A stretch of DNA of 64,000 nt from an uncultured Acidobacteriota bacterium (GCA_963823935.1 CAWGNM010000011.1:34724-98723); one strand, 5' to 3'. Shown: positions 32,501 through 42,269, counted from the first letter of the stretch. The notes: generated by a model from the sequence alone, not told the origin. A program made the numbers and translations.

Positions 32501-33623
32501 CTATTTCGCACGGATGACACCGGGACGTTGAGTTGGACGCAGTTGGCCGGGGCAAGCGTGGACATCACGGCGGCGCCGAGAGATCTGCGGCTGGAATCGC
32601 AGGGGGCCAGCCACCGGGTGTATTTCAACGGAGTGCAACTGATCGACTACACGGAGAGCGCGCCGGTCTACACCACGGGACAGCCTGGGGTAGCGGTATA
32701 CCAAAATTCGACGGCCAAGATCCTGACGTTCACGGGCGGCTCGTTGAGCGGCTCCGGCTCCGGCCCGCGCGTCACGCCACCGGTACGGTCTAACGGGCAG
32801 CCCAGTGGCGTGCTGGCAGCGGGAACGACGCAGACGAATCTGACTCTGGCTACCGACGAGAATGCGACCTGCCGGTATACGACGGTGGCCGGCACGGCGT
32901 ACGCGTCGATGACGAACACCTTCAGCACGACGGGTGGAACGGCCCACTCGACCGCGGTCAGCGGCCTCGCGAGCGGAGGGACCTACAGCTACTACGTGCG
33001 GTGCCAGGACAGCCTCGGGCAACACCAATCCCAACGATTTTGCGATCACCTTCACAATCGGGGCGGCGAGTTCCGATCCGGCATCGAGCAGCTTTGTGGG
33101 CGTGGAGAGTCCTCTCTCCGAGGGAGGCATGTGGAACAAGCCCGGGGCTTGGGCCAGCATGGCCAAGAACAACGGGGCCTACGGAACGGCGGCAAACATG
33201 GCTGGTCTGGCCACGCCGATGGTGAGCGCCGATCAGTTTTCGGAAATCACCTTCGATCAAAATCTGGGCTCGACGAGCTGGGTGGGAGTGACCACGCGGG
33301 TTCAAGGAGCCAGCAACGGGAGTTGCTATCTGGCCATCGCCTATAACGGAGGGGTATTGCTGTTTCGCACCGATGACACCGGGACGTTGAGTTGGACGCA
33401 GTTGGCCGGCGCAAGCGTGGATATCACGGCGGCGCCCAGAGATCTGCGGTTGGAATCGCAGGGGGCCAGCCACCGGGTGTATTTCAACGGAGTGGAACTG
33501 ATCAACTACACGGAGAGCGCGCCGGTCTACGCCACGGGGCAGCCTGGGATAGCGGTATACCAAAACGCATCGACGGCGAAGATACTCACGTTCACGGGCG
33601 GCTCGTTGAGCGGCTCGCCGTAG
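29513..33623 (+). pseudogene. large secreted multidomain protein: SbsA/Big_5-like Ig domain, esterase/alpha-beta-hydrolase-like domain, one FN3/Ig-like module, then 3 x (FN3/Ig-like + ConA/LamG-like jelly-roll module); three 1-nt frame breaks
   Basis: Signal-like RRRPCALGLFLLLVLSVCGLDVAPVHG. The Ig part reads IVSQTPSPGATGQALNSRVAATFSEAIQPSSITF...ATLSGATDPAGN. The hydrolase part reads LLYVLPVE...RLAIGFSKSGNG...FSAVAAWDSP...GGSRAHSWHSGW. The repeats carry PPVRSNGQPSGVLAAGTTQTNLSLATDENATCRYATVAGTAYASM...GGTYSYYVRCQDSLGN and SDPASSSFVGVESPLSEGGMWNKPGAWASMAKNNGAYG...SCYLAIAYNGGVWLFRTDD...HRVYFNGV. Breaks are at about 31796, 32069 and 33016. Confidence 0.75.
31057..33620 (+). repeat. three tandem, near-identical ~860-bp coding repeats
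   Basis: Units start at 31057, 31918 and 32776 (periods 861 and 858 bp). Long stretches are identical, for example acgcagacgaatctgagtctggctacggatgagaatgccacctgccggtatgccacggtggcaggcac and ctctccgagggaggcatgtggaacaagcccggggcttgggccagcatggccaagaacaacggggcc. Confidence 0.9.
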
Positions 33624-33641
33624 ACTCTCCGGCAGATTTGC

Positions 33642-34223
33642 TTAGCGGTAGACGGGAAAAGGCGAGCCGGGGTCGAGATCGAGTCCCAGCTGCAATTTGG
33701 CGGCGTCCGACATGCGGGTGGGAGTCCAGGGCGGATCGAAGACGATTTCGGCGTGAACTTGCCTGACCTCGGGAAGCTGCGATAGCTTGCGCTCGATATC
33801 CGCGCGGAGCACGTCTCCCATGCCGCAGCCCGGCGCGGTCATGGACATTTTGATCTCGATCTTGTGGCCGCCGGTTTCGGCGGGCGTGATCTCGCAGGAG
33901 TAGACGAGGCCGAGATCGACGATGTTGACCGGGATTTCGGGATCGAAAACCGTCTTCAAGCGATCCCAAACCAGCTTTTCGCTGAAGGGAACCGGCCCGG
34001 CTTCCGCGGCCTGCGCTTGCTTGGCGTCTGGAGCGAGGCCCAGGGCGTCCGCATTATTGGCCTCGATGCGCATCATCGCGCCCTGTTCGGTGGTCACCGT
34101 ATAGCTGCCGCCGAGCGACTGGGTGATTCGCACGCGGCTTCCGGCGGGCAGCACCTGCACGCCGCCATAAGGCACCTGAGTGGCCTCACAATCGCGTTTC
34201 AGCTCAATCATACCGCTGGGCAT
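33642..34223 (-). CDS. sufT: SUF system Fe-S assembly protein SufT (DUF59-containing, long form)
   Basis: Intact 193-aa ORF. The C-terminal DUF59 part reads VWDRLKTVFDPEIPVNIVDLGLVY...MTAPGCGMG. It is the last gene of the suf cluster. Confidence 0.75.
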   Translation of the reverse strand: MPSGMIELKRDCEATQVPYGGVQVLPAGSRVRITQSLGGSYTVTTEQGAMMRIEANNADALGLAPDAKQAQAAEAGPVPFSEKLVWDRLKTVFDPEIPVNIVDLGLVYSCEITPAETGGHKIEIKMSMTAPGCGMGDVLRADIERKLSQLPEVRQVHAEIVFDPPWTPTRMSDAAKLQLGLDLDPGSPFPVYR

Positions 34224-34243
34224 ATTCCCTTACTCCGCTTCCA

Positions 34244-34690
34244 TTATTCCGTCGAGACGGCGTGCTGCTCGCCTTCGAGCGCCGCGCGCAAGGCGTGCCA
34301 GGCCAGCGTGGCGCACTTCACGCGCACGGGATATTCGGAGACTCCGGCAAACGCCGCCAGCTTGCCCAGCTCTTCCGATGACGCGCCGTCCTTACCGGTT
34401 ACGACGTGATGGAATTTCTGAAACAGCTCCTCGGCTTGCTCCATGCTCTTGCCCTTGAGGGCTTGGGTCATCATGGATGCCGAGGCTTTGGAGATGGCGC
34501 AGCCGGAGCCCTGGAAGGAGATGTCGCGGATCTGGCCGTCGCCAATCTGGAGGTAAACCGTAAAGTGGTCGCCGCAGAGGGGATTAAAACCTTCGGCACT
34601 GCGATTGGCCGCTTCGATGGTGCGGTAGTTCCTCGGGTTCTTGCTGTGTTCGAGGATGATGTCTTGATAAAGATCGCGCAAATCCGCCAT
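34244..34690 (-). CDS. sufU: SufU-type (NifU N-terminal-like) Fe-S scaffold/sulfur acceptor
   Basis: Reads LYQDIILEHSKNPRN, NPLCGD, GSGCAIS, RVKCATLAW, which give the three conserved Cys. Confidence 0.9.
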   Translation of the reverse strand: MADLRDLYQDIILEHSKNPRNYRTIEAANRSAEGFNPLCGDHFTVYLQIGDGQIRDISFQGSGCAISKASASMMTQALKGKSMEQAEELFQKFHHVVTGKDGASSEELGKLAAFAGVSEYPVRVKCATLAWHALRAALEGEQHAVSTE

Positions 34691-35958
34691 CAGGCGAAAA
34701 CCTCCCTAACTTTCCGCAGCCCGTCGGCCAGCGCGTCCATCTCCTCCACGGTGTTGTAGAGCCCCAGAGAAGCCCGCGCCGTGGCCGGGATGCCGAAGCG
34801 CAGCATGAGCGGCTGCGCGCAGTGATGTCCGGTGCGAATGGCGATCCCTTCGCGATCGAGAATGGTGCCGATATCGTGGGGATGGATGCCTTCGAGGACG
34901 AACGACAGGATGCCTTCCTTTTCCCTGGCCGTGCCGATCAGGCGCAGGCCGGGAATCTCCAGCAGGCGCTTGGTGCCATAAGCGAGAAGTTCCTGCTCGT
35001 GGCGGGCGATGCGGTCGATGCCGATGGCGTTCACGTATTGCAGCGCCGCGGCCAGTCCGATGGTGCCGGAGACGTGCGGCGTGCCGGCTTCGAATTTTTG
35101 CGGCGCGCGGTTGTACAGCGTCTTCTCGAAGGTGACCGAACTGATCATGTCGCCGCCGCCCTGATAGGGCGGCATGGAGTCGAGCAGTTCGGCTTTGCCA
35201 TACAACACGCCGATTCCGGTGGGCCCGTACACCTTGTGTCCGGAGAAGACGTAAAAGTCGCAATCGAGAGCGCACACGTCCACGGACATGTGCGGGACGG
35301 CCTGGGCGCCATCGAGCAGCACGCGGGCGTTCACCTGCTGCGCCGCCTCGACGATCCTGCGCACCGGATTCACCGTGCCGAGGGCGTTGGAGACGTGGGC
35401 GATGGCGACGAGCTTCGTTTTCGGCCCCAAAAGCTTCTCGAACTCGTCCATCATCAGCTCGCCGGCGTCATTCACCGGGACGACGCGCAAGCGCGCTTCC
35501 TTTTCCTCGCAGAGAATTTGCCAAGGCACGATATTGGAGTGGTGCTCCATGGCGGAAATGACGATTTCGTCTCCGCGACCGACATTGGCTCGTCCCCAGG
35601 TCTGGGCCACGAGATTGATGCCTTCGGTGGCCCCGCGAACGAAGACGATTTCGCGGGCATCGGCGGAGTTGAGAAATCGTCCCACCATTTTGCGAGCTTG
35701 CTCGTAGCTCTCGGTGGCTTGTTCGGAGAGGGTATGCACGCCGCGATGAATATTGGCGTTCTCCGAATTGTAGTAATTTACGATGGCATCGATCACCGAC
35801 TGGGGCTTCTGGGTAGTGGCGGCGTTATCCAGGTAGACGAGAGGCTTGCCGTGAACCTTTGCCGCCAGAATCGGGAAATCCTTGCGCAGGCTGTAGACGT
35901 CGTAGCCGGTTTTCCCGGATGAGGGCAGCGATTGAGCGATATTGGTCGCGGTTGTCAT
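34690..35958 (-). CDS. sufS: cysteine desulfurase SufS (class V aminotransferase, group II)
   Basis: Reads FPIL...VYLDNAATTQKP, NIHRGVH, SGHKVYGPTGIGVLYG (PLP-Lys), RTGHHCAQP (active-site Cys). The ATG at 35958 overlaps the sufD stop (ATGA). Confidence 0.9.
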   Translation of the reverse strand: MTTATNIAQSLPSSGKTGYDVYSLRKDFPILAAKVHGKPLVYLDNAATTQKPQSVIDAIVNYYNSENANIHRGVHTLSEQATESYEQARKMVGRFLNSADAREIVFVRGATEGINLVAQTWGRANVGRGDEIVISAMEHHSNIVPWQILCEEKEARLRVVPVNDAGELMMDEFEKLLGPKTKLVAIAHVSNALGTVNPVRRIVEAAQQVNARVLLDGAQAVPHMSVDVCALDCDFYVFSGHKVYGPTGIGVLYGKAELLDSMPPYQGGGDMISSVTFEKTLYNRAPQKFEAGTPHVSGTIGLAAALQYVNAIGIDRIARHEQELLAYGTKRLLEIPGLRLIGTAREKEGILSFVLEGIHPHDIGTILDREGIAIRTGHHCAQPLMLRFGIPATARASLGLYNTVEEMDALADGLRKVREVFA

Positions 35959-37358
35959 CCAACCTCCTCCCACCGTCTGGCGGTTTCCGCGCCTGATCCA
36001 GCGCCGGCGCCCGCCGATTTGGAAGCTTCGGGCAGCCAACCCTGCACGACCAGATCGAGATAGTCGCGCACCGGTTTGCACTTCATGCGATCCAAGCACT
36101 CGTTGGCGAAAGCCATCAGCAGCAGGTTGCGCGCGGTGGTCTCATCTATGCCTCGCGAGCGCATGTAGAAGAGCGCGTTCTCCTCGACCTGGCCGATGGT
36201 GGCGCCGTGGGTGCACTTCACGTCGTCGGCGTAGATCTCCAGTTGCGGTTTGGTATCGATCTGGGCGTCGTCGGAAAGCAGCAAGTTGCGGTTGGTTTGC
36301 TTGGCGTCGGTCTTCTGCGCGTCCTTGTGCACGATGATGCGTCCGTGAAAGACGCCGTGGGCATGGCCGTCGAGGATGCCGTTGTAGAACTGCCGGCTGC
36401 TGCAATGCGGGCTGGCGTGCTCGACGAGCATGTAGTTATCCATATGCTGCCTGCCGCCGGCGATGAACAGGCCGTTGATCAGGCACTCGCCACCTTCGCC
36501 GGCCAGCACCGGATGCACGTTATTGCGGACCAATCCGCCGCCCAGCAGCACCGAATGCGAACTCACATTGGCGCTGCGCTCCTGCTGAGTGCGCAGCGTG
36601 GAGACGTTGAAGGCCTGGCGGTCTTCGCGTTCGATCAGATGATGGGCCACGACAGCGCTTTGCCCGGCGACCAATTCGGTGACCACGTTGGAAAAGAAAA
36701 CGCCGCTGCCGATGGAGACGTAGTCCTCGACGACGTTTACTTCCGTTTCGTCTTCGGCCACGATCAGATTGCGCGGGTGGGTCATCTGCGGCTCTTCGCT
36801 GGGTATGGAAACGAAGAGCAGGCAGACCGGAGCTTCTAGCGCGGTGCGGCGCGGGACATAAACGTACGCGCCGTCCTCGATGAAAGCCTGATTCAATGCG
36901 CAAAAGGCGTCGCGCTCAATATTGACGTAGTGGCCGAGGTGCGCTTTCAATGCGTCACCACCGTCCGCGAGGGCTCGAGCCAGGCTCGCGACCCGCACGC
37001 CTTCCGGCAAGCTTCCCAATTCCGATAGCGCCGGGGCGAAGCGTCCATTCACGAAGACAAGCTGGCAGGCGGCGCCGGGAATGCGATACGGCTTGAGCGC
37101 GTCGGAATAAGCGCCGGCGGATTGTTGCGGTTCGCGAGCCAGCTCGAAGGAGGCTTGCGCGATGGCGTTGACGTTCGTGAAGCGCCAGTCCTCGTCCTTG
37201 GTGGTGGGGAAGCCAACCTCGCAGAAGCGCGCAAAGGCCCGCTCGCGCATGCCGCGCAGCCATTCGGGCTGCCGCTGGGCGCGCGCGCCGAAGGCGTTGA
37301 AGGCGTCCAGATAATGCTGAAGGTAATTCCGAAGCCGTTCTGTGGTAGCGATAGCCAT
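35955..37358 (-). CDS. sufD: Fe-S cluster assembly protein SufD
   Basis: 467 aa from MAIATTERL. The C-terminal beta-helix signature reads ...HGRIIVHKDAQKTDAKQTNRNLLLSDDAQIDTKPQLEIYADDVKCTHGATIGQ. It sits between sufC and sufS. Confidence 0.85.
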   Translation of the reverse strand: MAIATTERLRNYLQHYLDAFNAFGARAQRQPEWLRGMRERAFARFCEVGFPTTKDEDWRFTNVNAIAQASFELAREPQQSAGAYSDALKPYRIPGAACQLVFVNGRFAPALSELGSLPEGVRVASLARALADGGDALKAHLGHYVNIERDAFCALNQAFIEDGAYVYVPRRTALEAPVCLLFVSIPSEEPQMTHPRNLIVAEDETEVNVVEDYVSIGSGVFFSNVVTELVAGQSAVVAHHLIEREDRQAFNVSTLRTQQERSANVSSHSVLLGGGLVRNNVHPVLAGEGGECLINGLFIAGGRQHMDNYMLVEHASPHCSSRQFYNGILDGHAHGVFHGRIIVHKDAQKTDAKQTNRNLLLSDDAQIDTKPQLEIYADDVKCTHGATIGQVEENALFYMRSRGIDETTARNLLLMAFANECLDRMKCKPVRDYLDLVVQGWLPEASKSAGAGAGSGAETARRWEEVG

Positions 37359-37375
37359 CTGGTTTCCTGTGTGCG

Positions 37376-38140
37376 CTAGCGCGCTGCGGCGGAGGCGGGC
37401 TCGGTCCAACTGTAGCCCTTCTCTTCCAGTTCGAGCGCCAGTTCGGGTCCGCCGGACTTCACGATTCTGCCCTCTACGAGAACGTGAACGAAATCGGGGA
37501 CGATGTAGTCCAAGAGGCGCTGATAATGGGTGACCAGGAGAATGGCGCGATCCTTGCCGCGCATGGTGTTCACGCCTTTGGCCACGATCTTCAGCGCGTC
37601 GATATCCAGGCCGGAGTCGGTTTCATCCAGGATGGCCATCTTGGGCTCCAGCACGGCCATCTGCACGATCTCGTTGCGCTTCTTCTCGCCGCCGGAAAAG
37701 CCTTCGTTGACGGGGCGATTCAAGAAGCGCTCATCCATCTCCAGCAGGCGCATTTTTTCTTTCAGGAGCGGGAGAAAATCCATGGCGTCCAGCTCTTCTT
37801 CTCCGCGATATTTGCGCACCGCGTTCAGAGCGGCCCGCAGGAAATAGGCGTTGCTGATGCCGGGAATTTCCACGGGATACTGGAAGGCCATGAACAAGCC
37901 TTCGCAGGCGGCCTCCTCCGGCTTCATGGCCAGCAGGTCCTTGCCATTGAGCGACACCTGGCCCTTGGTAACTTCGTAGGCCTCGCGCCGCGCCAGCACT
38001 TGCGCCAGCGTGCTCTTGCCGGATCCGTTCGGCCCCATGATGGAGTGCACCTCGCCGGCGTTGACCGTGAGGTTCACGCCCTTGAGGATTTCGTGATTAT
38101 GAATGCTTGCGTGCAGGTCCTTGACTTCCAGTAGGTTCAT
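37376..38140 (-). CDS. sufC: Fe-S cluster assembly ATPase SufC
   Basis: Walker [10 protein letters not shown], signature FSGGEKKR, Walker [11 protein letters not shown], and LVTHYQRLL. Confidence 0.95.
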   Translation of the reverse strand: MNLLEVKDLHASIHNHEILKGVNLTVNAGEVHSIMGPNGSGKSTLAQVLARREAYEVTKGQVSLNGKDLLAMKPEEAACEGLFMAFQYPVEIPGISNAYFLRAALNAVRKYRGEEELDAMDFLPLLKEKMRLLEMDERFLNRPVNEGFSGGEKKRNEIVQMAVLEPKMAILDETDSGLDIDALKIVAKGVNTMRGKDRAILLVTHYQRLLDYIVPDFVHVLVEGRIVKSGGPELALELEEKGYSWTEPASAAAR

Positions 38141-38142
38141 AT

Positions 38143-39600
38143 TTATCCGACACTTCCTTCCAGGCTGATGCTCAAGAGTTTTTGCGCTTCCACGGCGAAC
38201 TCCATGGGCAATTCGCGGAACACCTGCCGGCAGAAACCGTTAATGATCATGGAAACGGCTTCTTCGCTGGAGAGCCCGCGCTGCCGCAAATAGAAGATCT
38301 GATCCTCGCCGATCTTGGAAGTCGAGGCTTCATGCTCCATGCGCGCGCTGGAGTTCTGTACTTCGATGTAGGGGAAGGTGTGCGCGCCACATTTATCGCC
38401 GACCAGCAAGGAGTCGCACTGCGTATAGTTGCGCGCTCCGGTGGCGCCCTTTTGGATCTTCACCTGCCCGCGATAGGTATTCTGGCCATGGCCGGCGGAG
38501 ATGCCCTTGGAGACCACGGTGCTCGTGGTGTTCTTGCCGATGTGGATCATCTTGGTGCCGGTATCGGCCTGCTGATAGTTATTGGTGAGGGCCACGGAAT
38601 AAAACTCGCCCACGGAGTTATCGCCCACCAGGATGCAGCTGGGATATTTCCAGGTGATGGCCGAGCCGGTTTCCACCTGGGTCCAGGATATTTTCGAATT
38701 TCGCCCCGCGCACTTGCCGCGCTTGGTGACGAAATTGTAGATGCCGCCGCGCCCTTCCTTATCGCCGGGATACCAGTTCTGCACGGTGGAATATTTGATG
38801 GTGGCGTTTTCCATGGCCACCAGTTCGACGACCGCGGCGTGGAGCTGATTTTCATCGCGGATCGGCGCGGTGCATCCCTCGAGATAGCTGACGTAAGCGC
38901 CTTCATCGGCGACGATCAGGGTGCGTTCGAACTGCCCGGTTTCGGCGGCGTTGATGCGGAAATAGGTGGAAAGCTCCATGGGACAGCGCACGCCCTTGGG
39001 CACGTAGACGAACGAACCGTCGCTGAATACGGCCGCATTGAGCGAAGCGAAGAAGTTGTCCGTGTAGGGAACCACCGAGCCGAGATACTTCTTCACCAAT
39101 TCGGGATGGTTGAGCACGGCTTCGGAAAAGGAGCAGAAGATCACGCCGGCTTCGGCCAGCTTCTCCTTGAAGGTGGTGGCCACCGAGACGCTGTCAAAGA
39201 CGGCGTCCACGGCTACGCCCGCGAGCTTCTGCTGTTCGAGCAGGGGAATGCCGAGCTTTTCGTAGGTTCGCAGGACCTCGGGATCGACTTCATCCAAGCT
39301 CTTCAGGCTGGGCTTTTTCTTGGGCGCGGAATAATAGACCATGTTCTGGTAATCGATGGGGCCGAACTTCACATTGGCCCATTTGGGCTCGCCCTGGGCC
39401 TTTTCGAGGGCAACCCAATGGCGATAGGCCTTCAGGCGCCAATCCAGCATGAACTCCGGCTCGCCCTTTTTTGCCGAGATCAGGCGAACCACGTCTTCAT
39501 TCAGACCTTTGGGGATCGTGTCTTCTTCGACGGCGGTGACAAAGCCCCACTTATATTCTTGGTTGGTAAGGTCCTGAATGGTGTTGATCGTCGTGCTCAT
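38143..39600 (-). CDS. sufB: Fe-S cluster assembly scaffold SufB
   Basis: From [22 protein letters not shown]. Also ...[21 protein letters not shown]...[21 protein letters not shown]...[21 protein letters not shown]. Confidence 0.95.
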   Translation of the reverse strand: MSTTINTIQDLTNQEYKWGFVTAVEEDTIPKGLNEDVVRLISAKKGEPEFMLDWRLKAYRHWVALEKAQGEPKWANVKFGPIDYQNMVYYSAPKKKPSLKSLDEVDPEVLRTYEKLGIPLLEQQKLAGVAVDAVFDSVSVATTFKEKLAEAGVIFCSFSEAVLNHPELVKKYLGSVVPYTDNFFASLNAAVFSDGSFVYVPKGVRCPMELSTYFRINAAETGQFERTLIVADEGAYVSYLEGCTAPIRDENQLHAAVVELVAMENATIKYSTVQNWYPGDKEGRGGIYNFVTKRGKCAGRNSKISWTQVETGSAITWKYPSCILVGDNSVGEFYSVALTNNYQQADTGTKMIHIGKNTTSTVVSKGISAGHGQNTYRGQVKIQKGATGARNYTQCDSLLVGDKCGAHTFPYIEVQNSSARMEHEASTSKIGEDQIFYLRQRGLSSEEAVSMIINGFCRQVFRELPMEFAVEAQKLLSISLEGSVG

Positions 39601-40066
39601 CGTTCTCTCCTGAGCCAAAAGTAATCGACACGGTGCGGCTCCCGCCCGTGCCCCCTTCATGCATCGGCTTGGTCAAATCGGACAGCCGGATGCCCTCCAG
39701 CGCGTGCTGCAAGGCCTTGCCAATGACGCCCGAGTTGTAGCGAACCGTGCAGGACTGTTCCAGATCGCAGCAGCCGGGAGTGGTGTTGCATTCGGTGAAG
39801 CCGATGGGTCCTTCGAACGCTCCGATGATCTCGGCCACCGATATATCCGTGGCAGAGCGCGCCAGGGCGTAGCCGCCTTTTGTGCCGCGGTGCGAGGTTA
39901 CCAGGCGATGATCCAGCAACTCCCGGAGGACCTTCCCGACGGTGGTGAGCGGCAGTTGCGTGCCTTCGGCCAGTTCACGCGCCGAATGCAGGGAAGGCGC
40001 GGGGCAATGAGCGATATGCGTCATCAGAACGATGGCGTAATCGGTCAGTTTGTTGAGCCGAAACAT
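39551..40066 (-). CDS. Rrf2 family transcriptional regulator (IscR/SufR-like), first gene of the suf operon
   Basis: [19 protein letters not shown]...[42 protein letters not shown] is a winged HTH. A Cys cluster [14 protein letters not shown] is a candidate Fe-S ligand set. The 3' tail overlaps the sufB start by about 50 nt, so the true stop may differ. Confidence 0.85.
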   Translation of the reverse strand: MFRLNKLTDYAIVLMTHIAHCPAPSLHSARELAEGTQLPLTTVGKVLRELLDHRLVTSHRGTKGGYALARSATDISVAEIIGAFEGPIGFTECNTTPGCCDLEQSCTVRYNSGVIGKALQHALEGIRLSDLTKPMHEGGTGGSRTVSITFGSGENDEHDDQHHSGPYQPRI

Positions 40067-40112
40067 TGTTTTTCCCCGAAACTTCTTTCCACGAACTTCC
40101 CTGCGGCTGCCC

Positions 40113-40168
40113 TGAATCTTGACCAAGTTAGTCTAACAGGTAACAAGTGAATCTTGACTAACTTAGTC
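40113..40168. promoter_or_regulatory. two 21-bp direct repeats, each containing a GACTAA-N-TTAGTC-type palindrome (candidate Rrf2/IscR operators)
   Basis: TGAATCTTGACCAAGTTAGTC (40113-40133) and TGAATCTTGACTAACTTAGTC (40148-40168). They lie 47-100 nt upstream of the Rrf2 ATG at 40066. The second copy contains the perfect palindrome GACTAAcTTAGTC. Confidence 0.55.
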
Positions 40169-40445
40169 CAATATCTATTCTAGCGTCTTGGTTCAAATCG
40201 TCAAGCCGGAAATGCCCCGAAATCGAAAAATCTGGGGCCCATCTGGGGGCAATGAGTAGGGTGCAACAGCGGTGCGTGCCGCCGCACGGCCAAGAGTGGC
40301 GGTGCCACTTGGCTCAGGCAGTTCAGCTTGCTGCACCGCTGGGAGCGGCTGTGCCACCGGAGGTAACAACCCGTTTTGGGGCTGGCCCCGTCTAACCAAT
40401 CGTAAACGCGCGAAAAACTGTGCCACACTAGGCGGGCGGGTGCGT

Positions 40446-40453
40446 TGTATAAT
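40446..40453 (+). promoter_or_regulatory. extended -10-like box TGTATAAT (candidate htrA promoter)
   Basis: This is the only perfect TGnTATAAT I saw in the 560-nt gap between the divergent Rrf2 and htrA genes. It lies about 240 nt upstream of the htrA ATG. Confidence 0.3.
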
Positions 40454-40692
40454 CCGGGGACGGTACGGCCAAACTGGCTCGGCCATCGTCTTACTGGTTG
40501 TTTCTTTGTAAGAGAAGGTGGCATCTAAACTGTGTGGTGCGGCGTGCCGAGAGAAGTGGTAAAGGATTCGGCCTCGAGATGGCGGCGCGGAGTTCGGCGC
40601 GTTTCCCGCAATAGGTTTCGCATCATTACACGCAGGCCCCGGCCAAGCAGGCCGGGAGGGCTCATTCATTCAGTGGCAGGAGGCCATGAATC

Positions 40693-42236
40693 ATGAACAC
40701 TAGATTCCTTCAAGTTCGACGTTCCGTAGCGCTGGTCTCTTTGGCCGCGTGTTTGGTGATTGGCGGAGGACTCGCCTGGATGGTGGGCTCGAACGGTCAC
40801 AATACCGTATTCGGCGCCACCAGTCCGGTGACGCTGCGCATCGCCGGCAATCCGGCGGTGGGCGCGACGGGTAATTTCAACGAAGGCTTTTCCGCGGTGG
40901 TCGAACCGCTGCTTCCGGCGGTGGTGAATATCTCCACCTCCAAGATGGTGAAAAGCTCGCAGAACGGCGACTCCCCATTTTTCAACGATCCATTCTTTCG
41001 GCAATTTTTCGGCAATCCCTTTGGCGACGGGGGCAAAGGAGGAGAAGACCAACAACAGCAGCCCCGGGAGCAGAAGGAACACAGCCTGGGATCGGGCGTG
41101 ATCGTAAATCCCGACGGCTACATTCTGACCAATAACCACGTGGTGGACGGCGCGAGCGACGTGCAAGTGACGCTGAGCGACAAGCGCAATTTCAAGGCCA
41201 AGATCGTGGGCACGGATGCGCGCAGCGACCTGGCCGTCCTGAAGATCGGCGCCTCGAGCCTGGCTTCGGTGACGCTGGGCGACTCGACCAAAGCCAAAGT
41301 GGGAGACATCGTGCTGGCGATCGGCGATCCCTTCGGCATCGGCGAAACCGTGACCATGGGCATCGTCAGCGCCAAGGGCCGCCGGGGCCTGGGCATCGAG
41401 GGACCGGAAGGCTACGAAGACTTCATCCAGACCGACGCGTCGATCAATCCCGGAAATTCGGGCGGCGCATTGGTGAATACGCGCGGCGAGCTGATTGGCA
41501 TCAATACCGCCATCATCAGCAACGGCGGCGGAGGCAATCAGGGTATCGGCTTCGCCATCCCCGTGAACATGGCGCGCGAAATCATGGAGCAAATCCTCGA
41601 AGACCGGCAAAGTGAGCCGCGGATACCTGGGCATCATGATCCAGGAAGTGACGCCGGATCTAGCCAAGGCGTTTAACCTGCCTGGGGCGCAAGGAGCGCT
41701 GGTGGGTGACGTCACCGCGGATAGCCCGGGGGGCAAGGCGGGGCTGCAGAAAGGCGACGTGATCACTGCTCTCAACGGCCAGCCGATCGCCGACTACTCC
41801 GACTTGCGGTTGCGCGTCTCGCAGTCGGCGCCCGGCACAGTGGTGAAGATGGACATCCTGCGCAACGGGCAGAAGCAGCAGATCACCGCCACGCTGGGAG
41901 AGGTTCCGGAGAAGGCCCAAACGGCTGAGAATAAGGAAGAGGGCCAAGCTCAGGAGATGGAAGGCGTGCAGGTGGAAAACCTCAGCCCGGAGGTCGCGCA
42001 GCAGTTGAACATGCCGGCGGGAACTCGCGGGGTGGTGATTACCAACGTCGATCCGAATAGCACCGCCGCGGAATCGGGACTGCACGCGCGGCGACATCAT
42101 TCAGGAAGTGAACCGTAAGCCGGTGAACAACGTGCAGCAGTTCCGCGACGCGGTCCGCAGTGCGGGGAACGAACCCTTGCTGTTGCTGGTGAATCAGCAA
42201 GGCTCGACCAGGTATGTAGTGATTTCGCCGAAGTAA
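40693..42236 (+). pseudogene. htrA: HtrA/DegP/DegQ-family periplasmic serine protease with two PDZ domains; frame broken twice
   Basis: Reads [19 protein letters not shown] (His), DLAVLKI (Asp), [16 protein letters not shown] (Ser). PDZ1 in the next frame reads [19 protein letters not shown]...GLQKGDVITALNGQPI. PDZ2 and the tail in the third frame read ...GDIIQEVNRKPVNNVQQFRDAV...LLLLVNQQGSTRYVVISPK. Breaks lie near 41605 and 42085. AGGAGG lies 10 nt upstream of the ATG. Confidence 0.85.
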
Positions 42237-42269
42237 GGCGCAACCCAACACCACAATCAGGCGGCAACA

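Noticed and set aside
31057-33620. A CRISPR array or diversity-generating retroelement (TR/VR pair) as the explanation for the near-identical repeats
   Set aside because: The units are ~860 bp, directly abutting, and in frame with a protein. There are no short repeat/spacer units. No reverse transcriptase gene is nearby. Differences between copies are scattered over all base types, not concentrated at adenines.
40193-40669. 158-aa ORF on the minus strand in the Rrf2/htrA intergenic region
   Set aside because: It has no ribosome-binding site or recognisable motif and its composition is Pro/Ala/Arg-rich. I treat the region as non-coding leader or possible RNA.
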